A stretch of 64,000 nt of DNA, taken from the NCBI GenBank assembly GCA_030704615.1, contig CM060731.1, positions 88,784,001 to 88,848,000 on the forward strand, written 5' to 3'. A program made the position numbers and the translations under genes. Positions within the stretch are counted from its first letter, which is position 1; every line of letters starts with the position of its first letter. The DNA comes from Takakia lepidozioides. Taxonomy: Eukaryota; Plantae; Bryophyta. The notes under the pieces are model-generated. The model saw only the letters and a list, made by a program, of their open reading frames with translations. It was not told the DNA's origin and did not search any database. This document shows positions 1 through 11,279 of this stretch, piece after piece.

Positions 1-351
1 GTTTTCCAGATTACCTATGATTACCTACAAGAAACCTGCATGGATAGATGGTCAAGTGGAAGCTGCAGCAGCAGCTGCACAATTGATAAAATCAAGCGTT
101 GCTAATGAAGGCACCTTCTTCAACACATTTCACCCTGTTTTTCCCTCTTATCAGAATCAGCCCTAAATATCCATATTGAATTATGCAAGTTAGCTAGTTG
201 AGTGAATCTTTGATAGTTTGGAGTGACTTTGACATGATACTCCCAACTGACAACAGGAAAGTATCCTAAAAGAGGTAACAAAGAAGAGGAAAAACTGTGG
301 AATGAATACTTTTCTGACCCCAGTCAATGGTGGGACAACCGAGGCAAAAAG
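1..351 (+). pseudogene. OSB-type PDF-motif exons (C-half ~1-110; N-half exon 257-351)
   Basis: Manual translation of 257-351 (ag|...|gt bounded) gives GKYPKRGNKEEEKLWNEYFSDPSQWWDNRGKK; ~26-110 gives YKKPAWIDGQVEAAAAAAQLIKS. Together these match the PDF motif consensus LWxxFFxxPxxWWDNRxxKxNPxxPDFKHKxTxxxLW of plant organellar ssDNA-binding (OSB) proteins. Confidence 0.75.
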
Positions 352-381
352 GTGAATGCAAAAAGGTGAATGCCTGTCAGA

Positions 382-2391
382 TTACCTGTCATTCTGAACA
401 CTATGGCTGAACGAGATGCGATGTCGTGGATTGTGCAGGGTATGCACAGCAGGGGTGCGGGATGGAGGCTTTGGAGACCTATGAGCAAATGATGGGGGAA
501 GGGGTGAAACCGCCCACATAACGTTTGTGTGCGTTTGCAATGCGTCTGGCAGCCCTGGAAAAGGGCAAGGCAAAGAGATCCCTGGTGACATCATCAAATC
601 TGTAATTGTACCAGATGACATCCTGAACATTGCTCTGGTGGCCATGTATGCCAAATGTGGGAGCATTGAGGATGCCAAGGGAGTATTCAACACTATGGCT
701 GAATGAGATGTGGTGTCGTGGAACGCGATGCTTGCAGGGTGTGCAGAGCAGGAGCGCAAGATGGGGCTTTGGAGACCTGAAAGCAGATGATGGGGGAAGG
801 GGTGAAGCTCGACCACATCATGTTTGTGTGCTTTGCAGTGCGTGTGCAAGCCTGCAGCCATGGAAAAGGGCAAAGAGGTGCATGGTTGCATCACCAAAGC
901 TGGAATTGTACCGGATGTGATTATGAACAATACCCTTGTGGACATGTATGCCATTGTGGGAGCATTGAGGATGCGGAGGGATTGTTCAACACTATGGCTG
1001 AACGAGGTGGTGTCGAGGAACACGATTCATCCAAGAGGTCAATTTTAAACACAAGATTACTTCTGATTCCCTGCGGATCAATAGCTACAAGAAAGCTGCG
1101 TGGGTAGATGGTCAACTGGAAACAGCAGCGGCAGTAGTGCATTTGATAGAACAAGGCGCTGCTAATGAAGGTACCTTCTTCAACACATTTCAGCCTGTTT
1201 TTCCCTGTTATCATAGTTTTTCCCTGTTTTTTCCTGAATGAGCATGGATAGAGTGTGGGTCCAAATTCATCCAAGAGGGCTGGACTTCAAGCTCCAGATT
1301 ACCTTGATTCCATGTGGGGGTCAGTAGCTACAAGAAACTTGCATGGGTAGATGGTCAACTAAAGGCAGCAACTGCAGCGGCACAGTTGATAAAATCAGGC
1401 ACCTCAACCATGACCACAGCTTCTGAAAGAGGATCAAGAGAGGGAGTCCACAATGTTTTTCTACTCAACACCCTTGTCAACATGTATGTTATGTGCGGGA
1501 GCATCATTGATGCTCACCAAGTGTTCAACAGAATGCCTCAACGATCTTTGATCACGTGGAATATAATGTTGGCAAGGATGCAATGCGTGTCCAAGCCTGC
1601 GAGATCTGGAAAAGGGGAAAGAGGTCCATGGTGACATTGTCAAAGCTGGAATTGTACCAGATGTCATTCTGAACACTCCCCTGGTGGACATGTATGCCAA
1701 ATGTGGGTGCATTAAGGATGCGAAGGGAGTTTCCATGGCTGAACAAGGTGTGGTGTCGTGGAGTGCGGTGCTTGCAGGGTATGCACAGCAGGGACGTGGT
1801 ATGGAGGCTTTAGAGACCTATGATCAAATGATGGGGGAAGGGGTGAAGCCCAACCACATCACGTTTGTGTACATTTGCAATGTGTGTGCAAGCCTGTCAG
1901 CTCTGGAAAAGGGCAAAGAGGACCATGGTGACATTGTCAGATTTGCAATTGTATCAAATGTCATTCTGAACAATACCCTCGTGGACATGTATGAAGGGAG
2001 TGTTCAACGGTATGGCTGAACAAGATGTGCTATCATGGAGTGCGATGATTGCAGGATATGCACAGCAAGGGCGCGGGATGGAGGCTTTGGAGACCTATGA
2101 GCAAATGATGTGCGAAGGGGTGAAGCCCGCTTTGCATTGCATGATGTTGAGGAAGAGCTTAAAGAATCGTCTTTTTGCCACCACAATGAGAAGCTGGCCA
2201 TTGTTTTTGGGCTTATCAACACACCCTCTGGGATGTCTTTGGGGATCATCAGGAATCTTCGGATGTGTGGTGATTGCCACACAGCCACCAAATTCATCTC
2301 AAAGATAGCTAAGCAAGAGATTGTTGTACAGGATGCAAACCGCTTTCACCACTTCCAAAATGGTGTTTGTTCTTGTGGGGAGTATTGGTGA
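382..2391 (+). pseudogene. Degenerate PLS-class PPR gene with C-terminal DYW deaminase domain (organellar RNA editing factor relic)
   Basis: Repeated PLS motifs (LVDMYAKCG, DVVSWSAMIAGYAQQGRGMEAL, GVKPNHITFV, LEKGKEVHG) in shifting frames with stops. DYW at 2128-2391: HNEKLA...NLRMCGDCH...RFHHFQNGVCSCGEYW*. E1/E2 and PG-box are missing. Confidence 0.9.
1025..1398 (+). pseudogene. Two further degenerate PDF-motif C-half exons
   Basis: 1025-1170 IHPRG..FKHKITSDSLRINSYKKAAWVDGQL...ANEG|gtacc; 1265-1398 IHPRGLDFKLQIT../SYKKLAWVDGQLKAATAAAQLIKSG (frameshifted). Confidence 0.7.
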
Positions 2392-3091
2392 AATGAAATG
2401 TTTGTCACCTAATTGAATGTATTGAACTGTCAGCTGCGAGTCAGGTTGGACTCCAACAGTGGCAGCAAAGGCGCACGAAATCTCTTTTTTGAGAGGAATT
2501 CTCAACAATAGGTTTTGAACATAATTGGACCTTGCGAAGGTTGAAACTGTAGAACAAATTCAAAAACTGTCCTAGTTGATGAACAGAGGTGCAGTGACTA
2601 GGTCTTCATGGTCTTAAAGATGGTCACTCTCTGATGAAAATACCCAGGACTGTATATCAGAAAATGGAAACTTTCTTCAGGCCTCTTGCACATCGGGCAT
2701 TGACAATGTCCCTTTCCTCTCTGCATCTGATTATTGTTCAAAGTGAGATTCCACAGCAAGTTTTATCGAGGGCAAACAGATTTTTTCTAATTAATTTATT
2801 AGATTTTATTCTATTTTTAAATGAATAAACTTGATATAATATAAAAACATACATATACATATTTGAGGGTATTTTTTAATTATTGAAAAGGAAAATATAC
2901 ATACAGAAGGCGGTACTTTTTAAAAATTACAAATTTCTATATATTTACAGGAGGGGGTTTTATAATCTTCAAAATGTATGTACAGAGGGGGTATAAATGA
3001 TCCAAGGACCCGTATACAGGGGGTTTTTTTTATTAGGCGGCGAACGCACGTGATACGGACATTTTATAAAGAGTGCATCCCCCAGGATGAA

Positions 3092-3208
3092 AATACGCCG
3101 AACTATCTCATCCTTTTCCATATACAAGTACTTTCGTACTTTAATCCCTGCTTGCAACACTTTTACAAGCCCAGTGTTCATGCCTCCAAACAGGTCTAAC
3201 AAACAAAT
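3092..3208 (-). pseudogene. C5 cytosine methyltransferase (DNMT3-like) motif I/II fragment within the retrotransposon pol region
   Basis: ICLLDLFGGMNTGLVKVLQAGIKVRKYLYMEKDE aligns by eye with the DNMT3 catalytic N-terminus [34 protein letters not shown] (SAM-binding FxG motif I and motif II Glu). Confidence 0.7.
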
Positions 3209-6200
3209 CCCTGAGTCAGGTGGTTGCCAGGTAATGGGCATGTGTCCAAAGGAGCTAACTGAGGAGGTCCAGTAAATCCCATGGGGTATAACACAGCCCC
3301 ACCAACAAGCACATCATAAGACATCGCGTCCGTAACAATGGTTTTGGCCCTCATGACTGAGCCATCCGTAGGATGATCCGGCTGCAATCGAATGAAGAGC
3401 TCATGGCGTGTAATCCCTCGCGCCTTCTCTGAACCGTCCGCCTCTGTGAGGCCCAAGCTTGCAATTGTTGTTCTCCCCAACATCAATGGTTGTGCTCCCG
3501 AGTCCAACAAGACCCGCAGTGGCCTATGCCTCTCGGCTGGGCCACCCAACTGAAACACTTCATCCTGATTGTCCACCAGGACTACCCCATGAGTCACCAT
3601 ACTACACTATGACTGGTCTAGCTGGCAACTCCTGCAACCTTGCAGCTGCCGCTTGCCATGGCGCAGCTGTGGCTGTCTTCACCCTTGAATCCAGGGCATC
3701 CATGCACTGCACCCTATCCACTATCCCCGCAGATAGTACCGATGCATCACTACTCTTACAGAGTCTAGCTGCTAGTCTGAACACAATAGCTGGCCGAATC
3801 CCCGGCATTGCAATTGCATTGCAGAAAACAATGGAGCTTAACAAACCGCCGTAGCCGCCCCCAACAATGTACTAGTTGCACCTTGCTTTGCAGCACCACC
3901 CACTGGCATTTCCCGAGCCACATCAACTCTCCCCAATGGCACTCGTGGCTCTACCTCTGACACACTTGGGCGAACGTGTGCCATCGATGGCGTAGTTGGC
4001 ACTGTCTCAACCAATGTGAAAGACTGTGGAAGCCTTGTCTGCCGACCTGCTTCCCCCCTTTGTGGATCAAAATCCACATCCGCTCCTCTTGGCTCAGAAG
4101 CACGCGTTGCTGCTCGAGTGACAACAGCTGCAGAGTCCACATGTAATGGCCCTACAAGTGCGGCTCCACACATGAAGCCCATACCAATCTGGTTTTCCCT
4201 AGACATAGGAGGTTGTGCAGGTGGGACTTGAACCTCAGGCCTTGGAGCTGGCGCAACATGAGTAGTGGCCATGGAAGCAAGACGTTGCTCTAGCTGGGCA
4301 AGCCTATCCACCATGTTTTCATCATGACCTTGACCTTGTGCTCATTGGTTTTGGTTACGACCTCCACCACAACCTCTGCCTCCTCTACCTCTCTGGACTA
4401 CATTGCCTCGTCCTCGGCCACCATTGTTCCCTTGGAACTGGCCTAGCCGTAGCTCAGGATGCAAGTCATAATAATGGGCATCTTCATGCCCATACTTGCC
4501 ACAATGCCCACACTGTAGTTGTGTAGGCTGTGCCTGTGCCGACCCTTTGCCTCTCTCCGGGCAATCTCTCTTAACATGGAGTCCTCTACAATCCCAACAT
4601 GTCACACTCGACTGTTGTTGGCCTGAGAATGAAGGAAGTGCCATCTACATCTGAGATTCTCTCTGTCCTTCCCTGGGCTTCACCTGAGCCCCCTTATTAC
4701 CTTGAGCACGTTGGGGTAGTGGTTGTTGGCTAGGAGCCCCACTTTGTTGTGTCTCCTTACCAAATCCCACCATGACCACTCGCTCCTCTACCATATTGAG
4801 CTCTATCCGCTCTGCCAGCAAAAACACGTTTGCTAAGGTGGGTTGGCCATTTGTAGAAGAGTTGCATCCCGCACCCTTCTCCTCAGCTCCTTGTCCAATA
4901 TCCCATACCAGAATTGGACTGCTTGAGCTTTCGTAACCCCTTGGGTTACATTTATCAATCGCCTCATGCGCGTGTAAGCCTCTCTCAAGCTCTCAGTAGG
5001 CTTGCGCTGGAACTCTTGCAAGCTCCGCAATTCCTCCGTTCTTATCCCTTGGTAGTTTCTCCTTAACTCCTCGAAGAACTCCACAACTGGGTTAAAAGCA
5101 GGCACGGGTGCTGGTGCTGCAGCAGGAGCTTGAGTGGATTTCCCAGCTCTTGTACCACTTGTCCCACTACTAGTGTTTGCCATTGGGGATGTTGGTGTAG
5201 CTGCTGGTGTTACCGCTGCCCTTGTGCTTTAGTAATGGAGACATAGTCAGGTGACCAATATTGTCGTCACTCCTGAATCTCCACCTCATTTCCCCACTTA
5301 AACTCATGGTAGTCATCCATAGGCGGCCCCTCAAGGTGCTGAAACAGCCCCTTCCATGCCATAAAAGACGTAAACAGTTGTGGATTGCGCATCTGCTGCA
5401 AATCACACCAACTATCAAACTCTTGTATGAAATCATCAAGCTCGATGGTGCCACAGCTCCAGAGTACCGACGTGGCTCCTTGGTAGTTCCATACATTTCC
5501 TCCATCGTATCCCACAACAATGGCATGCAAATGGCTTGCACCCTCGGCAAGAATTCTCATAACTCTGAGTCTGAACCTTCCTCAGAAGACACTAAGGTGA
5601 AGGTGGCCTAAACCGCACACCTCGTCTTATATACCCACTAGTATCGCTGGTGCTCGTACCGGCATTCTCCTTAGCAACTGGTGGCACCTCCGTGATGAAA
5701 ACTCACACTCAAACCGGCTATCAACCTGTCTCTAATCCCCCTTTTCCACAAGGTAACCGGGTAGAGAACCTGTTACGGCTTATGGTTTGGAATACTGGGT
5801 TCATAACATGAACCTGCACATGCACCTGCATCCAGTACCGCAGGCACTCCTATGGTTTGCTGGTCATCAACCCAGCCTCACTATAAGAGAAACAATGATG
5901 GTCTGCTGGTCATCACCCCAGCCTCACCACCGACAACACGCTCTAGGGTTGGCCGGCCACAATATTTCCAGACCAACCACCTATAAAAGCAAGCGCCCAA
6001 ACCAAACCAGCATGGCGCACAGTCAAGCATGCATGTGTGGGAGGAGGATCCAAACACATGAAACTCAAATAACAATACCTCCCACACCTTAAATCAATCG
6101 ACCTCCTTGCAGCTCCAATAAACCTGCAAGATGGCCAAGTCTCTATCCAAACTAGCTCTGCCTCCGCTTATGGAAAAGCTTTGGCATACAAGAATGATGG

Positions 6201-6600
6201 AAAACTATAGATAAGGGAAACTAAAGTGATCTCTAAGCCCAGAATGCTCTCATCCCATTACTCCCCCTATCTTCACACTCACTCTTGCTCGAGTAATAGA
6301 TAAGACTATCCTTAAAGGACCTTTCAAATAACTCTCAAGAGCCCTCAAATTATTGCCATGAACTTCTGAAATCTATCCTCAATCAGCCCCTCACATAGAC
6401 CCACCGAGGCTCAAAAAGTTCGCAAATTTGGACTCCAAACAGTCCACCAAAAGGCCCTAGGCACCCGCCAATTAGTGGCCTCCAAGTTCTCCAACCAGCC
6501 CTCACAATGGCTCCACAAGCGTGCAAAACATTGGCCTCAAAGGACCCCAAATAATCCTTCAAACAGCCCCAGAGGCTCCAAAAATATCCACTGGCAGTCG

Positions 6601-6735
6601 ATTTTCATCCGTCGCTGACCAGATGTCATCCAAAACCGCGATATTTCATCCGCTGGCGCAGTTTCATCCTTCGCCGCGATTTTTCATCTAATGGCACGAT
6701 AGTTCATCTGCTGGCGTAGTTTCATCCGTTGCTGC
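6601..6735. repeat. Degenerate short tandem repeat with TTCATC core
   Basis: About 7 imperfect units such as atttcatccgctggcgcag / tttcatccttcgccgcg / gttcatctgctggcgtag. Confidence 0.7.
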
Positions 6736-6742
6736 TGGGGTA

Positions 6743-8061
6743 ATGATGCCTGAGTCGACTCCAATGGCGGCCTTTCTAAAACTTCCTACGCTCGACAATT
6801 TGTTCATCACAGTGAAGGTGCAGGAGGTTATTCTCGCGATCATCTGTCTCCACTGCCATGCGGAGGGACACGTGAAGGCGGACTGCCCTGTGTTGTTAAA
6901 AGAAAGACAGTCTGTCAATCTCTCCAAAGAGGCAGCAGCTGTGCAAAATCACCAGACACAGGAAGAAGATCAGAGCCTCAAAAGAGCGGATGTTACGCCT
7001 CCAGCTCCTCCAGGTCCAGCCAAGAGGCCTCGCGCGGATCTCTCTACGGCCTCCATCAGTCCGCGGGTTTACCTGCTCTCTTCTCCTTCTCAAGGAGTCC
7101 GGTTCAAACCAGACGAGATCCCGGCGGTCTTCCCTTTGTCATTGGAGGATGGGGTTCAGAGCTTCGCTTCCTGCCTGCAGCTAAAATCTTTCGCAGAGGT
7201 TACGCTACCCGATTCTTCTCACTTGGCACCTGCTTCACAGTCTGTGGCGATTAACATCTCGCCCATTATATTTGGGTTCCCAGAGGGCACCCCCTCTATT
7301 CTTCTCACAGGGAGAAATAAGTTGGCCTCCTCATGGATCACTAAAAAGGATCTTCTCTATCTCTCCCTGGGAAAAGAGCTCGAGCTCATTCTCTTCAAAA
7401 TCAGGGAGATTTTCTCCGCCCAGTTCTCTGATTTTGACCTATCTTCAGAATCTGCTGTTTTCTTTGGCTCCAGAGTTCATCAATCAGCTTCTAATAAGAA
7501 GCTTTTCTTTGTACAAGTGCTCCCGGCTGTTAGGCTCTCTGACGTCTCCGTCTTGCCAGCAGGTGCTCCATCTCTTTCATGGTTTTCGAGCAACTCGCTC
7601 CCAGACGACACGGGGAACATGGCGGGACGACCTTTTCTCCTTGCCACCTTGGATGCTGGAGAGCTGGTGGAGGCCTTCAGATCGTCGCAGAAATACTCCC
7701 GCAGCTCGGTCAGACAGCAACCATCGGATGACCTGGCGATTATTGCAATTCCAGATGCGGAGAACTCCACTTTCTGCTTGTCACCGCTGGACTTGGCCAT
7801 CCCATCCCCCTCTGCGGTGAGCTCTTGCTCACATCTCTTACCGCTTTTTATTTTCGCTCAAGGAAGCACCCACAGGATGGTTTCTCTCTGCCAGTAAAGA
7901 GGTACTCTTCTTTGCTTTCTTCCAATTCTATAATGTTCCTTCAAGAGCACAAGCTAGATCTTAGGAAGATCTCTTCTCTAGGTCTCTCAATTTGGCCTTC
8001 TGCCTCAGCCTGGTGGAACCCTACCGTCATGGACTCGAGAGGGGGTACCGCGATTCTCATA
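6743..8061 (+). mobile_element. LINE (L1/Tx1-like) fragment: ORF1 with CCHC knuckle and start of ORF2 APE endonuclease
   Basis: CLHCHAEGHVKADC knuckle in the 384-aa ORF; downstream frame IMFLQEHKL...SRGGTAILI (APE motifs). Breaks off at a CACTA terminus. Confidence 0.75.
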
Positions 8062-8919
8062 CACTACAACACAAATTGGTTTTTGTCACGGCTTAACTCA
8101 CTTTTTTCACTGTGATATCAGACAGGGTCCACACTTTCCCCCAGTGTGTAAACAGACTAGTTGTTTTCGGATAGGTGTTGCAAACGGTGGCTGCGTGGAA
8201 ACAACCATGCTCATCCACAGCTGACATGGACAATGGTGGCCGTGGCTGGCCACGCCATCGTGTCATGCCACCTGGACATGCACACAAGGCGCGCCACGTG
8301 GACACGCCACGCGCCACAGGTAGGAGACGAGACGTGGCATCCCCGGATCGCGCCTGTCGCCGCGACGTGGAACAATGTAGCAGTGACACATGGCAATTTG
8401 GACATGCCACGGGGACATGGCATATTGGGGGACGACACGTGGATTTTTGGACAAGGTTGCGGGGGCCACGTGGAATAATTTCGAGCGCGGCACGTGGATT
8501 TAATGGAAAACCAGGGGGCCACGTGGAGTGAGGACGCAATGACACGTGTTCTAGAATTCTAGAATTCTAAAATTCCATACATATGTGCACACTACACATG
8601 CACACAAGGCGCGCCACGTGGACACGCCACGCGCCACAGGTAGGAGACGAGACGTGGCATCCCCGGATCGCGCCTGTCGCCGCGACGTGGAACAATGTAG
8701 CAGTGACACATGGCAATTTGGACATGCCACGGGGACATGGCATATTGGGGGACGACACGTGGATTTTTGGACAAGGTTGCGGGGGCCACGTGGAATAATT
8801 TCGAGCGCGGCACGTGGATTTAATGGAAAACCAGGGGGCCACGTGGAGTGAGGACGCAATGACACGTGTTCTAGAATTCTAGAATTCTAAAATTCCATAC
8901 ATATGTGCACACTACACAT
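8062..8919 (+). mobile_element. CACTA (En/Spm) 5' terminus with subterminal repeats
   Basis: CACTACAACACAAATTGGTTTTTGTCACGG starts exactly where the LINE APE frame breaks, followed by GC-rich ACGTG-rich repeats. The other end was not identified. Confidence 0.6.
8276..8919. repeat. Perfect 320-bp tandem duplication, G-box rich
   Basis: 8276-8595 = 8596-8915 (identity continues to 8919); six CACGTG per copy. Confidence 0.95.
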
Positions 8920-9424
8920 ACTACACAAAATCAGTATTCAGACCCTGCACACAAGCAGCAGCATGGCGAAGGCATGCATCATTGCGCATACATCTACTTG
9001 CTACCAAACGGTTTCCAAAATGACGCTTCATTGAAATGTTCATATTAAGGTCTGCCATATGGTCTGCCTGCATGAAGATACACTTCCAGCATTTGGACGT
9101 TGCAGCTACGTCAAAACTACTCACCGGACCCGTGACATGCTGCACTACTCTACATATTCCGAACCTGGCAAGCTGAACAACAAAAAACCGAGCTACAACT
9201 TTGGCACTTCACATGCTCCAACACAAAACTCCATGACCGCGATGCCAGGAACTGAGCAGCAGTTCTACCAATGTCCTAAAGGACAAGCATAAAAACAAAA
9301 AGTACTGAAGGGCTGTCCAGTACTGTGGAAGAGGGGTACCTTAGCAGCCATCACGCAACTGCTAGGACAAACACAATGTGAAAACTAGGGTTCAAAGCGT
9401 AGTCCACTGCACACTACCATAAAG

Positions 9425-10590
9425 CTATTGCCACAGGGAATCATAGGTAATCTTGTGCTTGAAATCTAGCCCTCTTTGATGAATCTGCACCCACGCTCTA
9501 TCCCCGCTCCTTCAGCTATCGGCCATGCCTCTGCACATATCATGCATTCACCCTTGCCTTGCTGCTAGCAACTAACAATGACAGCCTAGATTTGTTCTAG
9601 GAAACACCCAACTCAGCTTATCACACTAGTCCTATGCTGAATTGCGTCTGCTGCTCTCTGGAATCTAACATGCATTCACCTTTTTGCCTCAGTTGTCCCA
9701 CCATTGACTGGGGTCAGAAAAGTATTCATTCCACAACTTCTCCTCATCTTTGTTACGTGGTTTTGGATACTTTCCTGTTCTCACTTTGGCAACTTATCGT
9801 GTCAAAGTCACTCCAAACTATCAAAGGTTCACTCAACCAGCTAACTTGCAAAATTCAACATGAAAATATTTTAGGGTTGAAGAGGGGAAAACAGGGTGAA
9901 ATGTGTTGAAGTGCCTGATTTTATCAATTGTGCCGCTGCTGCTGCAACTTCCAGTTGACCATCTACCCTTGCAGGTTTCTTGTAGCTATCCTTCCACAGA
10001 GAATCATAGGTAATCTGGAGCTTGAAATCCGGCCCCCTTGGATGAATCTGGACCCGCATTCTATCCCTGCTCCTTCAACTATCCATGCCTCCGCACAAAT
10101 CCTGCATACATCCTTAATGCCTTGCTGCTAGTAGCTGACAATGACAGCCTAGATTTGTTCTAGGAAACACCAACTCAACTTATCACACTAGTCCATGCAT
10201 CCACACTTGGCATACAAGTCCACGAGAGCATAGTTCAGAACAACATCTAGTACAATTCCAGCTTGGATGATGTCACCACGAGCCTTTTTGCCCTTTGCAG
10301 GGCTGTTGGGCATATCATGGGATCATCATCCTCCATGCACACACGTTTGGCATACAAGTGCACAAGGGCATAGTTCAGATCGACATCTAATACAATTCCA
10401 GCTTGGACGATGTGGTTGCGCTGCAGTACCCCTTCCCACACCACTTGCTCATAGGTCCCCAAAGGGCCTCCATCCCACGCCGCTGTTGTGCATATCATGG
10501 GATCATCATCCTCCTCCATGCACCCACATTTGGCATACAAGTCCATAAGGGCATAGTTCAGAACGACATCAGTTCAATTCCAACTTGAAT
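9425..10590 (-). pseudogene. Inverted paralogous relic: PPR fragments followed by tandem two-exon PDF-motif cassettes
   Basis: PPR fragments MDLYAKCGCME / LVHLYAK (10190-10590); exon 10047-9915 IHPRGPDFKLQITYDSLWKDSYKKPARVDGQL; exon 9774-9680 GKYPKPRNKDEEKLWNEYFSDPSQWWDN*GKK; exon from 9484 IHQRGLDFKHKITYDSLW. Reverse-complement similar to 1-370 and 1025-1398. Confidence 0.8.
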
Positions 10591-11279
10591 GATGATGATC
10601 CCATGATCCCATGATATGCCCAATGATGATGATGATCGCAGTATCATTGTAGTAGTATGGCCGCACTCTCAAGGTTATTTTTTCTTTGTTCTAATTTGAT
10701 AAACAGGACACAGAAAAGAAAAAGAAAAGACAGTTCATAAGGAAAAACAGGGAGGAAAAGTAAATTGGCCAGTGCTCTAAGTTTCTTGAAGTGTCCAGCG
10801 TCGGTGGTCGACGATGCACTGTATCTATAGATGGCCATGCGCGGGCTATGGGTAGCTGATGACCACATATGCGCATGGCCATGTAAGTAATGACATGTGC
10901 TTCAGTATGTAAACGACATGTATGGTAATGGCACCCAGTAGAGAATATTCTTAGGATCTAGTATGGTGGGGCAAATCTGACGTGAGGCATGACATGCAAG
11001 ACCATGGATGGATGAAAGGATGGATGGATAGATGGCATGCTGTGCACGCAACGCGAGTCGTCTCTCTGGTCGCTGGGGTTTGGAGACGATTCCGTTGTGC
11101 CTCTTCTGTGCTGTCCTTTTGGTGCTTGTCAATTCTGGGCTCGCAACTTTGCTGTGTTACCAGGCTTTCTGCGTCGGTTGCAGGAGTGCTTCACTTCTTG
11201 TCCTTGCGAATACTAGGTTTCACTCTGCGCAGTTCTTTGCAGTGTTTTGCAGCGTGCTTTTGTGAAGAGATTCATCACC

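Larger units (their letters stand above)
3088..6735 (-). mobile_element. Degenerate gag-protease retrotransposon (Ty3/Gypsy-like) with a DNMT-like fragment, 3'-truncated
   Basis: Gag-like segments (5267-5560; 4833-5183 LQEFQRKPTESLREAYTRM), zinc knuckles CWDCRGLHVKRDC and CGHCGKYGHEDAHY, aspartic protease LLDSGAQP...YDVLVGG (3270-3600), then ICLLDLFGGMNTGL... Many stops. The upstream (LTR/UTR) boundary is approximate. Confidence 0.8.

Noticed and set aside
8093-8865. Multiple overlapping ORFs in the GC-rich duplication
   Set aside because: Artefacts of repeat composition; no recognisable protein motifs.
8921-9292. Cys/His-containing short ORFs, possibly a SWIM or transposase remnant
   Set aside because: Motif spacing is not convincing.
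10640-10660. ttgtagtagt as the 3' TIR of the CACTA element starting at 8062 (which would make a Pack-CACTA carrying the PPR/PDF relic)
   Set aside because: Not an exact GTAGTG terminus, and no matching 3-bp TSD (ata).
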